Shown piece after piece: positions 13,984-26,900 of a stretch of 64,000 nt of DNA. Every line of letters starts with the position of its first letter. Within the stretch, counting starts at the first letter, position 1. Location of the stretch: the NCBI RefSeq assembly GCF_004010195.1, contig NC_057755.1, positions 8,011,466-8,075,465 of the forward strand, written 5' to 3'. Source of the DNA: Chiloscyllium plagiosum (Eukaryota). The notes under the pieces are model-generated. The model did not search any database. It was not told the origin of the DNA and saw only the letters and a list, made by a program, of their open reading frames with translations. The position numbers and the translations under genes are program-made.

Positions 13984-14129
13984 CTGAAGAAGGCCATTCC
14001 TGAAGAAGAGCTTATGCCCAAAACGTCGATTCTCCTTCTCCTTCTCCTTTGATGCTGCCTGACCTGCTGCGCTTTTCCAGCAACACATTTTTAAGCTCTG
14101 ATCCCCAGCATCTGCAGTCCTCACTTTCT
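13984..14129 (+). mobile_element. Penelope-derived short insertion (family A)
   Basis: 12-bp TSD CTTAGTTTACTC (13972-13983 and 14130-14141); begins CTGAAGAAGG. Confidence 0.8.
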
Positions 14130-14708
14130 CTTAGTTTACTCAGTCGAGTTCTGGTAAGCATATCACAGCAACATGAGTGGATGCACTGGACAATATGGAA
14201 TTATACGATGGAGAATGATAACTGAACCGAGAAAGATTTGTTCCATTATTAAGGACACCTGCCATTGTCTAAACTCTCTATTAATATAACAATTAACTTC
14301 AGAGACGCAAAGAAACACATTGGTTATTAACTCAAAAACCAGAATGAAACTTACCCTAAGTGGTTTAACTCTTACTGCATAAACTTTCGTCAGTTTATGT
14401 TACACTATTCCACACTGCTTTACTTGATTCTATTGAAACTCCCGAAAGTCTGATCAAAGTGGCGATTTCCAGGAGGTTCCAGGAGGACATGAATTATCCA
14501 ATGGGAATTTCAACTGTCAAGCAATTCCTGCTGAGTGTGTGATGCTGGGGATTCTGCAGGGAGCCTGTGATCTGAACCTAAATCACCGATTGTCTTCTCC
14601 TGCGTGACGGTGGTCACAACATGCCCATGCATCATTGTCAACGGGATAGTGAAACAGCAGAGTATCCTCAGACAGATTCACACAAATTCAGCAGTGCAAA
14701 GTACTTAC

Positions 14709-14775
14709 CAGGAATTATTACAACTGGAATTATCACGTAACATATTTTCTGGACCTGATAAACCGTTTGATACAT
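14709..14775 (-). pseudogene. GPR139-like pseudogene, coding exon 1
   Basis: ATG...MYQTVYQVQKICYVIIPVVIIP plus G, then a GTAAGT donor (14708-14703). Phase 1 matches exon 2 (G|TT AAT = VN) and completes TM1. Confidence 0.8.
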
Positions 14776-16232
14776 TTTCTGCGCAAATTCCTTTGTGCAG
14801 ATAATCTCTCTGTACTAAATGCTGACGGAATATATTTTCAAATCCTTGCATTTAAACCTGGTATTATCACCCGGGGGACAGTCACGTTACTACGCCATTC
14901 AATTAAAGAATTTGAGAAAACAGTTGATGACAGTGAATTAACCCCAAGTGGCGTCAGAACATTTTTTAAAATTGAGGTTTGCTGGGATCACAATCGGTCA
15001 ATATCAAATATTGAAAACGCATCTAGATACCCAAACACTATCCATCCCACTTTTAAATCTCTTTTGATTTAAGTGTCGTCCTTCCCTTGAATTTATCAAT
15101 TTAGGTAATCAAATTCGGTTGTTAAATGCCTCTCTGAGAACTGTTCTCCTGAACACTGGAATGTGCTTCCTGATTAATAACAGCTGTTCCATGAAGAGAT
15201 GATGGTTGGTAAATGGAAACGATGCATTGCAGTGTCAACTAATCCAACATGGCAATAGAATTCCTCGAAGTGCGGGTTAAAAATCTCAATCCACTACAAC
15301 TATAAATTAAAACAGAACTTTAAACATGTTGAACAACCCTTTTGAAGATATTATTAACGGTTACATCAGCTTCAATCAGTACGGACTCTCCTGCAGTTTC
15401 AAGCTGTTCTGGAGATGTTTCAGAGACACACGCACACAAGCTTTTACAACAGCAGTTGGGAGTGAATATTTCTCGTTTCCTGCAGTGTACCTGACATGTT
15501 TAGTGAATATACCTAAAACCCCTGACCAATCAAGTGCTTGAGGCCTTTGAAGATACATGGAGAGGTGTCAAGGGAGCGATTTGCAATGACAAGGATCCAG
15601 AAGTGTCAAACACCAGTACACTTTAAGTTGGTGTCAAATTTCTCAGCGAGCCCAAAGAGTGTTTGGGAAACGGGATTTAGTGAGAGAACTGTTAATGAAC
15701 AGAAAACAGAGAATGTGAATAAACTTATTTTTCAGGCTGTGAGGCCAGGGTTAATGGGTGCCACAAGGAACATTAATCGAGGCAAATCTATTTATAATCT
15801 TTATGAATGACCGAAATGATGTGACCATGTGTTTTGCTTTCTGAGAAACTATTATTTGGTGAGACAGTAACATACAAGGAGGACACATAATAACTCTGAA
15901 AAGGGGAAGCAAAAGTTCAGTGAGTGAGTGAGAAAGAAATAGTATGTGCAACATAAGTTACAGAAAAACGATGCATTGTTCCTTCATTTCAATCTTGAAA
16001 GGATTTCAGACTATTCTGAGATTTATAGATGATGATCATAGTCTGAGGTGAAAAAGAAAAAGACGCCTTTCTGTGTAGTCATATGCCATCAATTTCCATT
16101 TTTCTCTTGAAAAGTTGATATTTCTCGGATCTTTCTGAAATTTAGGAATACAGCCCTGAGTTTGTATCGTTTCATGCCCTCATTATTGAACCGTTGTTTC
16201 ATTCTTGGGAATCTGTACTGCACTCAAATGAT

Positions 16233-16350
16233 GAAGGGCTTATTACCAGAACGTCGATTGTCCTGCTTCTCGATGCTATCTGATCTGTTGTGCTTTACCA
16301 GCACCACGATCTGGTCTCTGATCCCCAGCATCTGCAATCCTCACTTCCTC
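16233..16350 (+). mobile_element. Penelope-derived short insertion (family A)
   Basis: 15-bp TSD CTGCACTCAAATGAT (16218-16232 and 16351-16365); the paralogous site near 49903 is empty. Confidence 0.8.
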
Positions 16351-16677
16351 CTGCACTCAAATGATCATGGACTCTCAACGTTCCACTCGGCCTTGCATTT
16401 CTTTTTTTTTAAATGCAGTTAATGTCAATGCTGCCATAACATTAAATGCCATCAGTGGACATACCTAAAACAGCTGACTGAAGGACTCCTTCAGGGCAAA
16501 CAGTCCTGACTTGACATCGTCCACAATGATGTGTCTCAACCGTGCTCCAGTTCAAGCAGGTCTCAGGAAAGCTACACAGACGCCCGCACTCCATTAGCAA
16601 TCACTCTGTAATTACAAATGATAGACTTGAACAATAACCTCTCAGTGATTCAGGTTTCTGCATCAGAACGCACCTGT

Positions 16678-16805
16678 CTGATGAGGGGCTGAGGCCGGAA
16701 ACATCGATGCTCCTGCTCCTCGGATGCTGCCTGACCCGCTGTGTTTTTCCAGCACTGCACTCTTGACTCTGAGCTCCAGCACCTGCAGTCCTCACTTCCT
16801 CCTCA
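16678..16805 (+). mobile_element. Penelope-derived short insertion (family A)
   Basis: CTGATGAGGGGCTGAGGCCGGAAACATC followed by the family A tail (CAGCACCTGCAGTCCTCAC). Confidence 0.75.
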
Positions 16806-17654
16806 TACCTGACATGCACCCTGCTGTGTTCCCCAGGTCTCTCTCATTGGACCAAATTAACAGCCCCAATCAGGAACTCATATCCTTTGAGATCCAGTTG
16901 GGTGACCGTATGACAATCACTACAGGTAGAAACAGCGATGATTTCTTGAAAGTAGAACTAACGTCTTCGGGCAAGACATTGAGAAGCAGACACTTGGGTT
17001 TATCGAAGTGCTCCTTAGGCCAATGAACGTGCCACTGGAAATACTTGGTGGCAGGAGGATGGTCTTTGGCTGTCTCGACTTTTTCTGTAGTTTCTCGAAC
17101 CGGTGCCATGTGAAAACATTGGAAACATTGGTGACATTTTATCGTATGTAAATTGCTACTCATCCCGGAAAACATTGTAGTGCCGTTGCAGAATATTTAA
17201 TCAAATCAGTTAGAGGTTTGAGAACCTGCGATTGAACTCAGGAGGAAAATGATGTGATGGTGAAAGTCTGTGAGTGAAAGAGAAAACGAGCAGAAACACA
17301 TTCTGGGTCCACATGATGTTGTGTTTCAGAATCCTAGTCTTCAGGTCCAAACACTTCCCTCACATACTCCACAGATTCAGGGGCAGAGTTATTCTGGGGC
17401 GTGACTTTGTGATGTTCAGGAGATCTTCAATAACGTGTGCATTAAGTTATAAAGTTACTGTCGAAATCTCAGCCTTTTATTGTAATTATGCGTGAAACAT
17501 TTAAATGGAATCAAAATGGAAGAACCCATGAACATTTTGAACTGTCTGCAAACACCAAATACTTAAAGCCACATTGCAAAATTAGAAGAACTAATGTATT
17601 CCATCTCGCCGCATTGAATTGACACATGAGCACAAATATAAGTGTGCAGTAATT

Positions 17655-20600
17655 CATTATATTGTTGGCATCCGTTAGTCCCGTGAGACCATGGATCTAC
17701 GCCTAGGAGGTCCTGCTTCCATCTTTGTTCGGTAGAGCAGCGTCTATTGAGACCCACACCGTAGTGGCAGTCTTGGCTGAAGGCGCTGCTCTCCGGTGCT
17801 TAATTGGTGCTTTTTCTTCGGTGGGTGCATTTTTCATCATTAGCAAGCCACAGTTTCTCTTCTCCTCTTTTTAGACCTTTGCATAACCTCTCAGGGGAGC
17901 GATTGCTTGCAATGTCCTCCCACCTCTCGACATTCATGTTCAGTAACTTCATTCTTGTGCTCTCCTGCCACAGACCAGCTCACCGTACAGCAGGTTTTTC
18001 GGAACCCTCACATCTGACATGCAGTGTATGTTGCTCAGCTAACGGAGCCATCATTGTTGGAGGACGGTGGGTGCAGGCCAGGACCTCATTGCTGGAGACG
18101 CTGTCAGTTCTTTTGATGCCTAGGATGCGTCTCAGGATGCAAGGGCGGATGGCATCGAGATGCTGCTCTTGTCTGGAGTAGAGGCCACAGGTCTCACTAC
18201 TGTAAAGCAGTGTGCTGAGGACACAGGGCCTGCAGACTGTAAACTTGGTGAGCGTCATCAGGTTTCTATTCGCCCATACTCTCTTTGTCATCCTGATGAA
18301 TGTTGAGGCTACTCGTCTGATCCATCTCTTGATCTCCAAGTCCAGGAAAAGACTGTCTGTGATGGTGGAGTCAACATATGTAAACTAGTGGACTACCTCC
18401 AGTTCGTAGTTGTTGGTGGTAATACCAGCGGGGTGTTTCAATGCCTTCACCCAACAAGTTGGTGTTCTTCAGGCTGATGGGCAAGCTGAAGTCCTGGAAG
18501 GCTTTTTAGAACCTGTCCATAAGGCGTTGCAGTTGCTCATCTGAGTGTGTTGCCAATGCCGTGTTCTCTGCAAACATGTCCCTGACGTCCCTCGGACAGA
18601 CCGAACCGCCTCCCATCGATTTGCTGTGGTGGGAGACACCATCAGTTGATGTTCCAAAGGCACTGAGAATCAGGATATACCCTTTCAGCGATTTTCTGCA
18701 GTTTGTTCAGGACCACGTGGGTGATGAACCTCCCAATGATTCTCAACAAAGTGATTCCCCTGTAGTTGTTGGATTTACTTCTGTACGCTTTGTTCTTATG
18801 TAACGTGACAATCTTGCAGTCTCTCATGTCTGACAACACTGTTCCCTTTTTACAGCACTGGCACAGTTAAAGCACAGGCGGTTTAGAATGACGCCCTTTG
18901 TGCACTTGATTGCTTCTGATAGAATGCCATCCACTCCTGGTGCCTTCCCATTGGGCAGGCTGTAGATTGCGTTACTCGGCTCTTCTGCAGTTGGCAATGC
19001 ATCCAGTTTTCAATGGCCGGTAGGCGTTCATTGGCATCTAGCCTGCTGTCTGTGAGGCTGTTTTCTCTGGAATAGAGTTTAAAGTAATGCTCTAACCATC
19101 TCTCTATTTGCTTGCCTTTGTCTTTGCTGATCTCGCCTGTTATGACTTTCAGTGGTGCTATCTTGGACCGATGGTTTTCTTGATGGACACTCCATAGATA
19201 TTGCCTACATCAAATGGTGCCTGAATGTTTTCGCATAGTTGTAGCCAATGGTAACTTGAGCAGCGCCTGGCTGTTTTCTTGGCTTGGCATTAGCGCTTGA
19301 CGTGTTGCCTGAGTGAGGTGGCATTTGTGCTTTCGTAGTGTAACACATTTTGCTTCGATGACAGTGGTGAGCTTACGTGAGCTGGCTTCAAACTGGTCCC
19401 CTGTCTTGCCTTGTTTTTTTCCTGAAGGGTTTGAATGCAGTGCTCTTGATATTGATCCTGACAGAGTCCCACTTTTGCTGGGCATCTCCTTCAGTTGTGT
19501 CTGCAAGGAGTGCATCTTCCAGTGACTTGATTAACTCCACCGCATTGTCTGGGTGTTTTGTCTTATTAGCATCGATGTGCTGATTGCCTGAAAGCTTGGC
19601 ATAGTGTATTTTCTTTGGCCGATGTCTGAACTTGCAGCAAACCAGACTGTGTTTTCTCGCTGTCAGCACTCTAAAAGGAGGGAGTCATGAGCACACTTCC
19701 AGGTGGCTGCATCTGGAGTTCATCACATCTATCTGCTGCCAGTGTTTGGTCCAGGGATGTCGCCAAGTCACTTTGTGCTGAACTTTCGTCTGGACGTAGA
19801 TGACACACAATTCTTGGAGCGTGCAAATCTCGAACAGTCATTGCCCGTTATCAGTCATACTACCAATCCCATACCACCCCACGCAGCTTGGCCAGGAGTC
19901 ATGGTCGGTGCCCACTCTGGCTTTGAAGTCCCAAGTAGCAGCAACTGTGCCTGACTTGAGATCCCCTGCATTATCATTGAAAGCTGGTCGTATAACCCAT
20001 TGTTTGCGTCTTGTATAGAGTAAAGTGTAGCGGTTTAAATGCTGACAAGTTTGACAGGCCTGTCAGATGTGTGGATTCGAAGTGACAAAATCCGCTCCAT
20101 ATTCAGTGGAGAGGTCTTCATTGCAAAGCCTACACCGCGCTCTCTTTTCTTCTCTGATCACTTCCTCTGCCAGAAGAGGACGAAATTTACCTCACATAGG
20201 TTTCACAATTCTGCGAGGCGTGTCTCTTGGAACATTGAGATGTCCACTTGGAGTCTCAGCAGTTCATTATTAATCACAGCTTCTTGCATGCTTCGCAGAT
20301 CTTCTGAAGGTCATCTGGTATACCAGTGGTCATGGTTCGTATATTTTAGCATCCTATTCTGAGTGCTGGCTTCTTTCTTTGTCTTCTTGTTGTGTTTGCT
20401 GCAGTGTTTACAGTCCGCATTTTGGACTAGTTATATTGCTAACCCCCATGTTTGCGGTGAAATGGGCTGACAGTGGCAGGGCAGCACCGAAGTGCTGGGA
20501 CTGCCCTGCTTGAGATGCATGGTAGCTGTGCAGTGAGGTGCGATGACCTCTCCCTCCATCGAAAATAACGCCTGGTGTCTTGCTTTATGGCAAACCAGTG

Positions 20601-21130
20601 TAAGCTTATAACTGGCGGATTGCTTTTTTCCATGTTATACAATTGTAGTGAGGTAACGCTGCAGTGGCCTGTCCAGAATTTAGACCTGAGCAGAGTTGTA
20701 TCAAAGACTGGCAGTTGCCCATGCAGCAAGTCTTCCTTCTTCATGCTACTGATGTTGTCCAAAGGAAGTGCAAGGGCTGATACATCTTTGCACGCAGGAG
20801 TTGCCAGAATGAGGTTGAAGACAAGATTAGAGTTGTGCTGGAAAAGCACAGCAGACCAGGCAGCATCCGAAGAGCAGGAAACTCGAAGTTTCGGGCAGGA
20901 CGCCTTCATGATGAATGAGCTTATTTCTGATGAAGGGCTCCTGCCTGAAGCATCGATTTTCCTACTCCTTAGATGGTGTCTGACCTGCTGTGCTTTTCCA
21001 GCAAACTCTAATCTTGACTCTGATCTCCAGCATCTGCAGTCCTCACTTTCATCTAGAACGAGTTTGAAGACAACATTGGATTGCCTTATGAACTCCCGCT
21101 CTGGATTTGTCCTCAGAGTTTGCTCCTAAA
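17655..21130 (-). mobile_element. Near full-length decayed RTE-clade (BovB-like) LINE
   Basis: Remnants: endonuclease region ~19600-20300; IVTLHKNK...NNYRGITLL; VASTFIRMTKRVW...CVLSTLLYSSET; C-terminal part at ~17700. The RT core appears internally deleted near 18650. Confidence 0.8.
20825..21054. mobile_element. Inverted pair of family A Penelope termini nested in the RTE 5' region
   Basis: Two inverted copies, each with a degraded hammerhead core; ~19-bp TSD AGAAYGAGKTTGAAGACAA (20806-20824 and 21055-21073). Confidence 0.8.
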
Positions 21131-21134
21131 CTTT

Positions 21135-21446
21135 GTGGGCAGCACGGTGGCACAGTTGCACAGTGGTTAGCACTACTGCCTCACAGCACCAGAGACCCCG
21201 GTTCACTTCCTGACTCAGGCGAGTGACTGTGTGGAGTTAGCACATTTTCCCCGTGTCTGCGTGGGTTTCCTCTGGGTAGTCCGGTTTCCTCCCACAGTCC
21301 AAAGATGTGCAGGTCAGGTGAATTGGCCATGCTAAATTGCCCGTAGTGTTAGGTAGGGGGGTAAATGTAGGGGAATGGGTCGGCGGGTCGGTGTGGACTT
21401 GTTGGGCCGAAGTGCCTGTTTCCACACTGTAAGTAATCTAATCTAA
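21135..21446 (+). mobile_element. tRNA-derived SINE (shark HE1-like)
   Basis: A-box TGGCACAGTGG-like, B-box GGTTCACTTCC, core GTGTCTGCGTGGGTTTCCTC, (TAATC)n tail. Confidence 0.85.
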
Positions 21447-21504
21447 AGCCTTTAATGTGAGTGGGTATGGGCGCAAATGCAGTGGAGGTTTGAAATCACT
21501 GTTC

Positions 21505-21860
21505 TGCACCAGTCACCAAGTAAAAACATATCCCGCCCTCAAAACAAAAACATCCCTTCCCTCATCACTCCCCAGTAAAAATTCCCTCCCTCGTCATCCA
21601 CCCCCAAGTAAAAAATCCTCCTCTATCTACACCCCCGAGTAACGTCCTTATCTCTCACTCACTATCACATCCCAGTAAATACATACTGTTCCCTCACCAT
21701 CCCTCCCAGTAAAAACGTCCACATCTCTCACCACCCCCAATAATAACGTCACCCTCCCTCACCACCCGCCAAATAAAAACAACCTATTCTCTCACAGCCC
21801 CACTGTAAAAACATATTCCTCCATAAATATCTCTAGACTCCACTCCCCCACAAATTACAT
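21505..21860. repeat. Degenerate ~28-bp C-rich minisatellite
   Basis: Recurring CCCAGTAAAAAC...CCCTCACCA motifs. Confidence 0.6.
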
Positions 21861-22444
21861 AAAGCGGCGGATGACATGACTGGACGGAGAGACCCTGGCA
21901 TTCAGGCTCTGGCAGCAAAATGGGGACTGGCTAGGGCTCGGGGCACAGTGAGGGGCTCAACTTATTATATTTTCTTCAAAAACCACTTCTGCCACAGAAA
22001 ACCGTCATTCTGGATATATTTTCTACAGACTGGGATTGTGGTGCATGAATTTACATTAAACATACAAAAAAGTGGAAGATTTAAACTAGGCAGCTTCACA
22101 TTTGTTGCAACATATCAGGTTTCAATGTCAAATTTAAAATTAACAACTGTTTCAGTGCTGATCAGAGCAGCATGCATTCTCCTGTTAAGACCCATATTGA
22201 CTCTGTGGAAGAAATGCAGCCTTACAAACAAAAAAAAGAGAATTAATTGTATCATTGATTTCCTGTTTTTCTGGTTCCTGGTTTCTCCAATTGTTTCTCC
22301 AGAGTTCTCCACCCTTGTCCAGTCGTTGTTGCCTCTTTCACTGTTCCGTTATTTATAATCTCTCCTTCCAAACCTTGCAGTCTCCCTCTCTTCTCTCTCT
22401 TTTATCCAGCATCTGCCCCGTGGAAATTTGTGGAGTTATTACCG

Positions 22445-22925
22445 GAAAATGTTGAATCAGATTTCCATCGCTCCCTCACCACCTGACGCCTGGAGGAATA
22501 ATGCCTCATCTTCCGCCTCAGAACACTTCAACTCCATGGCATCAATTTGGATTTCACCAGTTTCGTCATTTCCCCTTCTCCCACCTCACCCCAGCTCCAA
22601 CCTTCCAGCTCAGCACCTCCCTCATGACCTGTCTTACCTCCCTATCTTCCTTTCCACCTATTCACCCCACCCTCCTCTCTGACCTATCACCTTCATTCCC
22701 ACCCCCATTCACCTATTGTACTCTAAGCTACTTTCTCCCCACTCCCACCCTTCCCTCATTTTTCTCTCCACTCTGCAGGCACTCTGCCTCTATTCCTGAT
22801 GAAGTGTTTTTGCCCGAAACGAGGATTTTCTTGCTCCTCTGATGCTGCCTGACCTCCTGTGCTTTTCCAGCACCACTCTAATCTAGACTCTGGTTTCCAG
22901 CATCTGCAGTCCTTGTTTTTACCTA
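22445..22925 (+). mobile_element. 3' fragment of a family A Penelope-like element
   Basis: ORF-end remnant (TLQLHGINLDFTSF), pyrimidine-rich UTR, degraded CTGATGA...GAAAC motif at ~22796, family A tail. Confidence 0.75.
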
Positions 22926-22929
22926 TTTA

Positions 22930-25200
22930 GAACATTCGGCCATTCGAGTCTGCACTGCCATTCGATCATCACCCCATTCTCACATCCTCTCCCTGTAACC
23001 ATTGGTCCCCTTACTAATGCAGTACTTTCTTTCTCTGCCTTATATAAACTGAATGACGAGCTGTTCACTGCCATCACTGACAATGAAATCAAGATACTAA
23101 TATGCATATCACATGAAAATATCAGCGAAGTACAGGCCCTTCAGCCCTCGATGTTGCTCCAACCTGAGGAAGCAATCTGAATCTTATCTGCCCTACACTA
23201 TTACATTTCCATCCATATGTTTATCCATATGTGTATACACAAATGATCCAGACGAAGTTACAGATGGTCTGATTGGCAGGTTTTCAGATTACATTAAGAT
23301 TGTTGGAGCAGCAGTTCATTGAAGAGGACTGTCAGAGAATGGGGCAGAATCTCATTCTCTTTTTTTTAAGTGCATTGAATCTGTGGAATTTAGTACTGCA
23401 AAAGGGTGTTGAGATATTGTTATCGAGTATATTCAAAACTGAGATAACCAAAGAATGCAGCCAAATATAGAAAGATTGAAGAGTTGGGCGGTGAAATGGC
23501 AGATGGAGTTAAATCTGGCAAGTGCGAGTTGGTGTATTTTGTAAGATCCATTTCGGGAGCGAACTGTATGGTAAATGCAAAAAGCCCGGTGAAAATTGCT
23601 GCATAGCGAGGTCTGGGTGTTCAGGTCCAATACATCCTGAAGGTGGCAACACAGGTCGATATGGTAATCAAAAAGTCATCATGTCTGCTTTCCTTTATCT
23701 GATGGGGTATTGAGTACAAGACGTCGCAAGTCACCTTACAGTTGTTATTTTACTGACGTTAGTTCGGTCACATTTTGGTATACTGCGTACAGTTGCGGTC
23801 GCCATATTACCAGAAGGTGAGATTGGAAAGATTGCAGAGATGTTGACTGGTATGGAGGACTATGAAGAGAAGTTAAGTAGATTAGGATTATTTCCATTGG
23901 AACGATGGCAGCTGTAAGGGTACCTGATTGAGGTAAACAAAATCATGAGCGGTCTAGATAGGGTGGATAGCAAGAACCTATTTATCCCCAAAGTTGGGGA
24001 CTCAATTACATTGGTTCATGAGTTTAAGGCGAAAGGGGAAAAGTTCAAGGGAAATACGCATGGAAAATTTACACAGAGGGTGTTGGTGGCTGGAATGGGT
24101 TGACCGCGCCGGTGGTAGAGATAATTTTAAAGATGGATCTGGACAGACACATGAATGGAAAGTGAGCAGGGGAATACCAATTCTTGGAAAATAGGAGACA
24201 ATTTTAAGTCGAGGATTAGGATTGGAAGGCCTAAGGGCTTGGTCACGTGCTGTAATTTTCTTTGTTCTCTCCTCTTTTCTAAATGATCATACTTGACACT
24301 GAGACAGTGCCCTTACATCCCAGTCTCCCCTTCGAATCAAAAAATCTTCTTCATGCCCACTCTATCCAGGCCTCACAGTATTCTGATCAGATGACCCCCT
24401 CTTCCTTCCAAGTTCAATCGTCTACAGATCCAGACCCCTCAAATGCCCCTCTTATGACAAGCCCTTCATCCTCGGGATCATTCTTGTAAATCTCCTCTGG
24501 ATACCTTACAATGCAAACACAACCTTTTAAAGAGATACAGTCCACAACTGCTGACCACATTCCAATTGCAGTCTGACCAGAGCCGAGTGCAGTTTCAGCA
24601 GTACATTCGTGCTCTTATATTTTAATCCTCTTGAAATGAATGCCAACGTTGCATTGCCTTTCTAAATGATAACTGAACCTACCTGCTAACCTTAAGTGTA
24701 TCCTGAACAACGACGCTGAAGTCCTGTTACACTTCAGAATTCTGAACATTTTCTAAAATTTAGAAAATAAGTACCTTCGCCTTCACTTAACTTGACCTAT
24801 GCAGCCTCTTGCTGTCCCTCTTCCACTATCTGACAGCAACAGACATCAGATGCCCTCTTTACTTCTGTCAGTCTGGAATCTGTATGTGTGAAGATAGGAA
24901 TGAAAACAAATATCAAATACTGATGGTGTTTCTCTATTGTCTGTAAACAGTACTGGATACATATGGGAAGGAATTATAAAGGAGAACTACAGGGTATGGA
25001 TATCACTATAGCTGACTTTATTCCACATTGAGGTTGGACAAGCAAAACAAGCAATAATGTCTCCACTCGTTCTCAGATTTAACAAACTCTGCAAAAGAGG
25101 AAAATGCACCGTGGGGGAATAAAAAGACTTTGTCATGCATTGAGTGGTTGTGTCCTGGAATACAGTGCCTGCAAGTGTGATGGGGAGAGGATTCAATTGT
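22930..25200. mobile_element. Cluster of decayed CR1 fragments on both strands
   Basis: RT C-terminal remnants on + (23230-24270) and - (24275-24790); further fragments to ~25200. Confidence 0.7.
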
Positions 25201-26329
25201 TGAAGTGATGGGAATTGCAGGTTTTCTGATGAGTAACAGCGGGTGCCTGTAGCCCATCCTGATGACCTTTAGCTTCTCATTGATCTCCAGCCTCCGGCTC
25301 CACCTTGGAGCAGCAGTAGGGGTTGCAGCTCCCCCTCCTTCCTGCAGCTCCTTGTAGTTGTCACTGCGATTTCACGCTTTAAGGAAATTCTCTGTCATAA
25401 GTTGCATGAAATTTTCCCAACGTGCTTCGTGGGAGAATTTGCACCATGAATATTTCATTGCCTGGTTCACAAGGTGACCCAAAACACGGCAAAGAAAGAA
25501 ACTAGAAGAAGACGATTCCTCATTCTGATGAAACTCAAACTCAGCAAACTTACAGACCTCAGTGGTTCATTGCAGTTTCATTAATTTGTGGACAAATCTC
25601 GTGTTAAACTGTGAAATGCCTCTGTGTACATTCGGACAAATATGTTGTATCAATTTGTACAAAAAGAAAACTGAGCAAATATCACTTGTGTAAATATATG
25701 GCTTACACTTGAGTTACTTTGATAATAAAAAGTTGTATCAGTCTGTACAAAACTCTTGGCTTAATTTGTGAAATAAATTCGTGATCACCCGGGCAAAAAT
25801 GTTGCCTCAATTTTTACGAAGAGTTGTGTGTTAAGTTGTGCAAACATGTTGTGTTAATTTTATGGAAAACACTAGCGTGAGTTTGCGTTGTGAGTCTGTG
25901 TTGGGGGCTGCTCAGGTTTTGATCCTGAGCTTTGTCTGTGTGTGTCTGAGTGTGTGTTTGTGTGTGTGTGTATTCAGTGAGGGGGATGGGGAAAGGACAG
26001 GTACAAACTGGGACATCCATGGTCTCATGGAATTTGATGCTTTCTCCCAGACCCCCTCTGCCACATAGTTCATGGTTGGGGCATCCCACTTGGGGAGAGG
26101 TGTGTTCCAGGTAGTGAGGGCTGGGAGTTGACTGGATGAGCTAGGATTTGAGAGGAGATGGGCTCAGGCAGCCATCAGCCTTTTGCCATGTGGATTGCAC
26201 AGGCGTGAGGATCGGGAGAGTTCCTGTCTCTCTCAGTCTGTCTCTGTACATGAGTGAGAGTATGTGGACTGTCTCTGTATCTGCATCCTATAAGCTTCCC
26301 AAAAGCAGCCTCTGTCTCTGATGGAATAC

Positions 26330-26379
26330 AGAGAAAGAGAGAGGGAGAGAGAGAGAGAGAGAGACAGAGAGAGAGAGAC

Positions 26380-26410
<31 letters not shown>

Positions 26411-26424
26411 CAAAGAGAGAGACA

Positions 26425-26472
<48 letters not shown>

Positions 26473-26900
26473 ATGGCGAGAGGGAGCTGAGAGCAGATGG
26501 GATGGTGAGGATGATCTCCTTACCCTGTCCCTGTCTCCCGGGCCCTCACCTTTATCTCTCCCTCACTTTTTCCCTTCCTTCTTTTCCCTCTCTTTCGCTA
26601 ATTCTCTTTCTCACTATCTCTCTGTCTCCATCTCCCACACCTCTCTCTCTCTTTCTCTGCCTCTCTTTTTCTCTGTCTCGTTTTCTTTCTCTCTCTTTTT
26701 TCTCTTTCTCTCTCTCTTTTTCTCTCTCTCTCCCCCCTCCACTCTCATTCTCTCTCTCTTTCTCTCTTTCCCTTTCGCTCTCTCTCTCTCTTTACCTCTC
26801 TGCCTGTCTCTCTCTGTCCCTTTTTCTCTGTCACTTTGTCTCTGCTCCTTTGTCTCCCTGTCTCTCTCTGTTTTGCTTTGTCCCTCTTCTTTCCCCCCTC
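26330..26900. repeat. (GA)n tract followed by a (CT)n-rich tract
   Basis: Direct inspection. Confidence 0.95.

Noticed and set aside
21135..21210. tRNA gene
   Set aside because: The A/B boxes belong to a SINE head; no complete cloverleaf.
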